Source: a phage. From it: a stretch of DNA of 541 nucleotides. The notes under the pieces are model-generated. The model did not search any database and had not been told where the DNA came from. It worked only from the letters and a program-made list of their open reading frames with translations. Shown piece after piece: positions 1-541 of the stretch (position 1 is its first letter; every line of letters begins with the position of its first letter). The position numbers were made by a program, and so were the translations under genes. Where the stretch lies: the sequence record EF517034.1, one strand, 5' to 3'.

Positions 1-1
1 T

Positions 2-292
2 ACTGTGGAAGCAGGACGAGATGAGATGGCTGTAGGCTCTCACGCTAAGGGTTACAACCACAACTCTATCGGCGTCTGCCTTGTTGGTGGTATCGACGAT
101 AAAGGTAAGTTCGACGCTAACTTTACGCCAGCCCAAATGCAATCCCTTCGCTCACTGCTTGTCACACTGCTGACTAAGTACGAAGGCGCTGTGCTTCGCG
201 CCCATCATGAGGTAGCGCCGAAGGCTTGCCCTTCGTTCGACCTTAAGCGTTGGTGGGAGAAGAACGAACTGATCACTTCTGACCGTGGATAA
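2..292 (+). CDS. 3.5: Phage lysozyme / N-acetylmuramoyl-L-alanine amidase, T7 gp3.5 type (also the T7 RNA polymerase inhibitor); 5'-partial, C-terminal ~96 codons, stop TAA 290-292
   Basis: Frame-2 ORF is open from the window edge to TAA 290-292. Translation TVEAGRDEMAVGSHAKGYNHNSIGVCLVGGIDDKGKFDANFTPAQMQSLRSLLVTLLTKYEGAVLRAHHEVAPKACPSFDLKRWWEKNELITSDRG matches my recollection of the T7 lysozyme C-terminal two-thirds almost residue for residue, including the zinc-ligand/catalytic cluster AHH...K.C (His codon 203-205, Lys 221-223, Cys 227-229). The GTG at 5 used by the ORF track is an internal Val codon, not the real start. Confidence 0.93.
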   Translation, partial: TVEAGRDEMAVGSHAKGYNHNSIGVCLVGGIDDKGKFDANFTPAQMQSLRSLLVTLLTKYEGAVLRAHHEVAPKACPSFDLKRWWEKNELITSDRG

Positions 293-293
293 T

Positions 294-316
294 TAATTGA
301 ACTCACTAAAGGGAGA
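294..316 (+). promoter_or_regulatory. T7 RNA polymerase class II promoter (phi3.8 type), -17 to +6; predicted transcription start at G311
   Basis: TAATTGAACTCACTAAAGGGAGA matches the 23-bp T7 consensus TAATACGACTCACTATAGGGAGA at 19/23 positions. Mismatches are at -13, -12, -11 and -2 (window 298, 299, 300, 309). The invariant CTCACTA core and GGGAGA initiating sequence are intact. It sits 45 nt upstream of the next ATG. Confidence 0.9.
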
Positions 317-335
317 CCACAGCGGTTTCCCTTTG
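307..335 (+). other. RNA hairpin overlapping the promoter initiating region; candidate RNase III processing site (T7 R3.8 type) or 5'-UTR structure
   Basis: Hand-folded stem: 307-318 (TAAAGGGAGACC) pairs with 324-335 (GGTTTCCCTTTG) around loop ACAGC (319-323). That gives 12 bp, 10 Watson-Crick plus 2 G-U (T307-G335, G315-T327). T7 is known to have an RNase III site (R3.8) between phi3.8 and gene 3.8. Assignment to R3.8 is from memory of the T7 map, not computed. Confidence 0.4.
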
Positions 336-343
336 TTCGCATT

Positions 344-349
344 GGAGGT
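344..349 (+). promoter_or_regulatory. Shine-Dalgarno ribosome-binding site for the downstream HNH endonuclease gene
   Basis: GGAGGT is a strong match to the anti-SD complement, with a 6-nt spacer (CAAATA) before ATG 356. Confidence 0.8.
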
Positions 350-355
350 CAAATA

Positions 356-541
356 ATGCGCAAGTCTTATAAACAATTCTATAAGGCTCCGAGGAGGCAT
401 ATCCAAGTGTGGGAGGCAGCCAATGGGCCTATACCAAAAGATTATTATATAGACCACATTGACGGCAATCCACTCAACGACGCCTTAAACAATCTCCGTC
501 TGGCTCTCCCAAAAGAAAACTCATGGAACATGAAGACTCTA
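356..541 (+). CDS. 3.8: HNH (homing-type) endonuclease, T7 gp3.8 type; 3'-partial, N-terminal 62 codons, continues past the window end
   Basis: ATG at 356 is preceded by the SD at 344-349 and lies 45 nt downstream of the promoter +1. The frame is open for 62 codons to the window edge: MRKSYKQFYKAPRRHIQVWEAANGPIPKDYYIDHIDGNPLNDALNNLRLALPKENSWNMKTL. It carries the HNH-family signature DHIDGNPLND..NNLRL...ENSWN (His codon 455-457, Asn codons 467-469 and 476-478). It matches my recollection of the T7 gene 3.8 product. It is absent from the ORF track only because there is no in-window stop. Confidence 0.88.
   Translation, partial: MRKSYKQFYKAPRRHIQVWEAANGPIPKDYYIDHIDGNPLNDALNNLRLALPKENSWNMKTL

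Noticed and set aside
5-292. GTG at 5 as the start of a stand-alone 95-aa protein, as drawn in the ORF track
   Set aside because: The frame is open to the window edge and the translation aligns with the interior of T7-type lysozyme. The gene starts upstream of the window, and the GTG is an internal Val codon with no SD in front of it.
307-337. GC-rich hairpin followed by TTTGTT as a rho-independent terminator ending the lysozyme transcript
   Set aside because: The T-tract is short and interrupted, and the stem is built from the promoter +1 region itself. Its position between a promoter and its gene fits a 5'-UTR or processing structure better than a terminator. I cannot exclude weak termination.
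361-390. AT-rich stretch (TATAAACAATTCTATAAGG) resembling a host sigma-70 -10 element
   Set aside because: It lies inside the HNH coding sequence with no convincing -35 partner at 17 bp spacing. It is most likely just AT-rich codon usage.
407-409. Alternative starts for the downstream ORF (GTG 407-409, ATG 530-532)
   Set aside because: Neither has a Shine-Dalgarno sequence at proper spacing. ATG 356 has GGAGGT 6 nt upstream and gives the N-terminus expected for the T7 gp3.8 type.
1-541. Reverse-strand genes, CRISPR repeats, tRNA or IS-element termini
   Set aside because: No long open frame appears on the minus strand in the ORF track. I see no direct or inverted repeats beyond the single short hairpin, and no tRNA-like structure. 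The + strand is fully accounted for by two genes and their intergenic signals.

Overview
This window reads as a canonical segment of a T7-type podovirus (Teseptimavirus-like) early/class II region, all on the + strand; I see no evidence of a novel system. It contains: (1) the C-terminal ~96 codons of the phage lysozyme/N-acetylmuramoyl-L-alanine amidase (T7 gp3.5 type), running in from upstream and ending at TAA 290-292; (2) a 23-bp T7 RNA polymerase class II promoter (phi3.8-type, 19/23 match to consensus) at 294-316, predicted start G311; (3) a hairpin at 307-335 built partly from the promoter's initiating region, possibly the R3.8 RNase III site; (4) a Shine-Dalgarno GGAGGT at 344-349; (5) the N-terminal 62 codons of an HNH endonuclease (T7 gp3.8 type) from ATG 356 to the window edge. 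The supplied ORF track misses the HNH gene because it has no stop inside the window. Protein identities come from my reading of the translations and recollection of T7, not from a database search. The gene order, spacings (stop to +1, +1 to ATG) and motifs agree with what I remember of T7 at about 10.9-11.4 kb.
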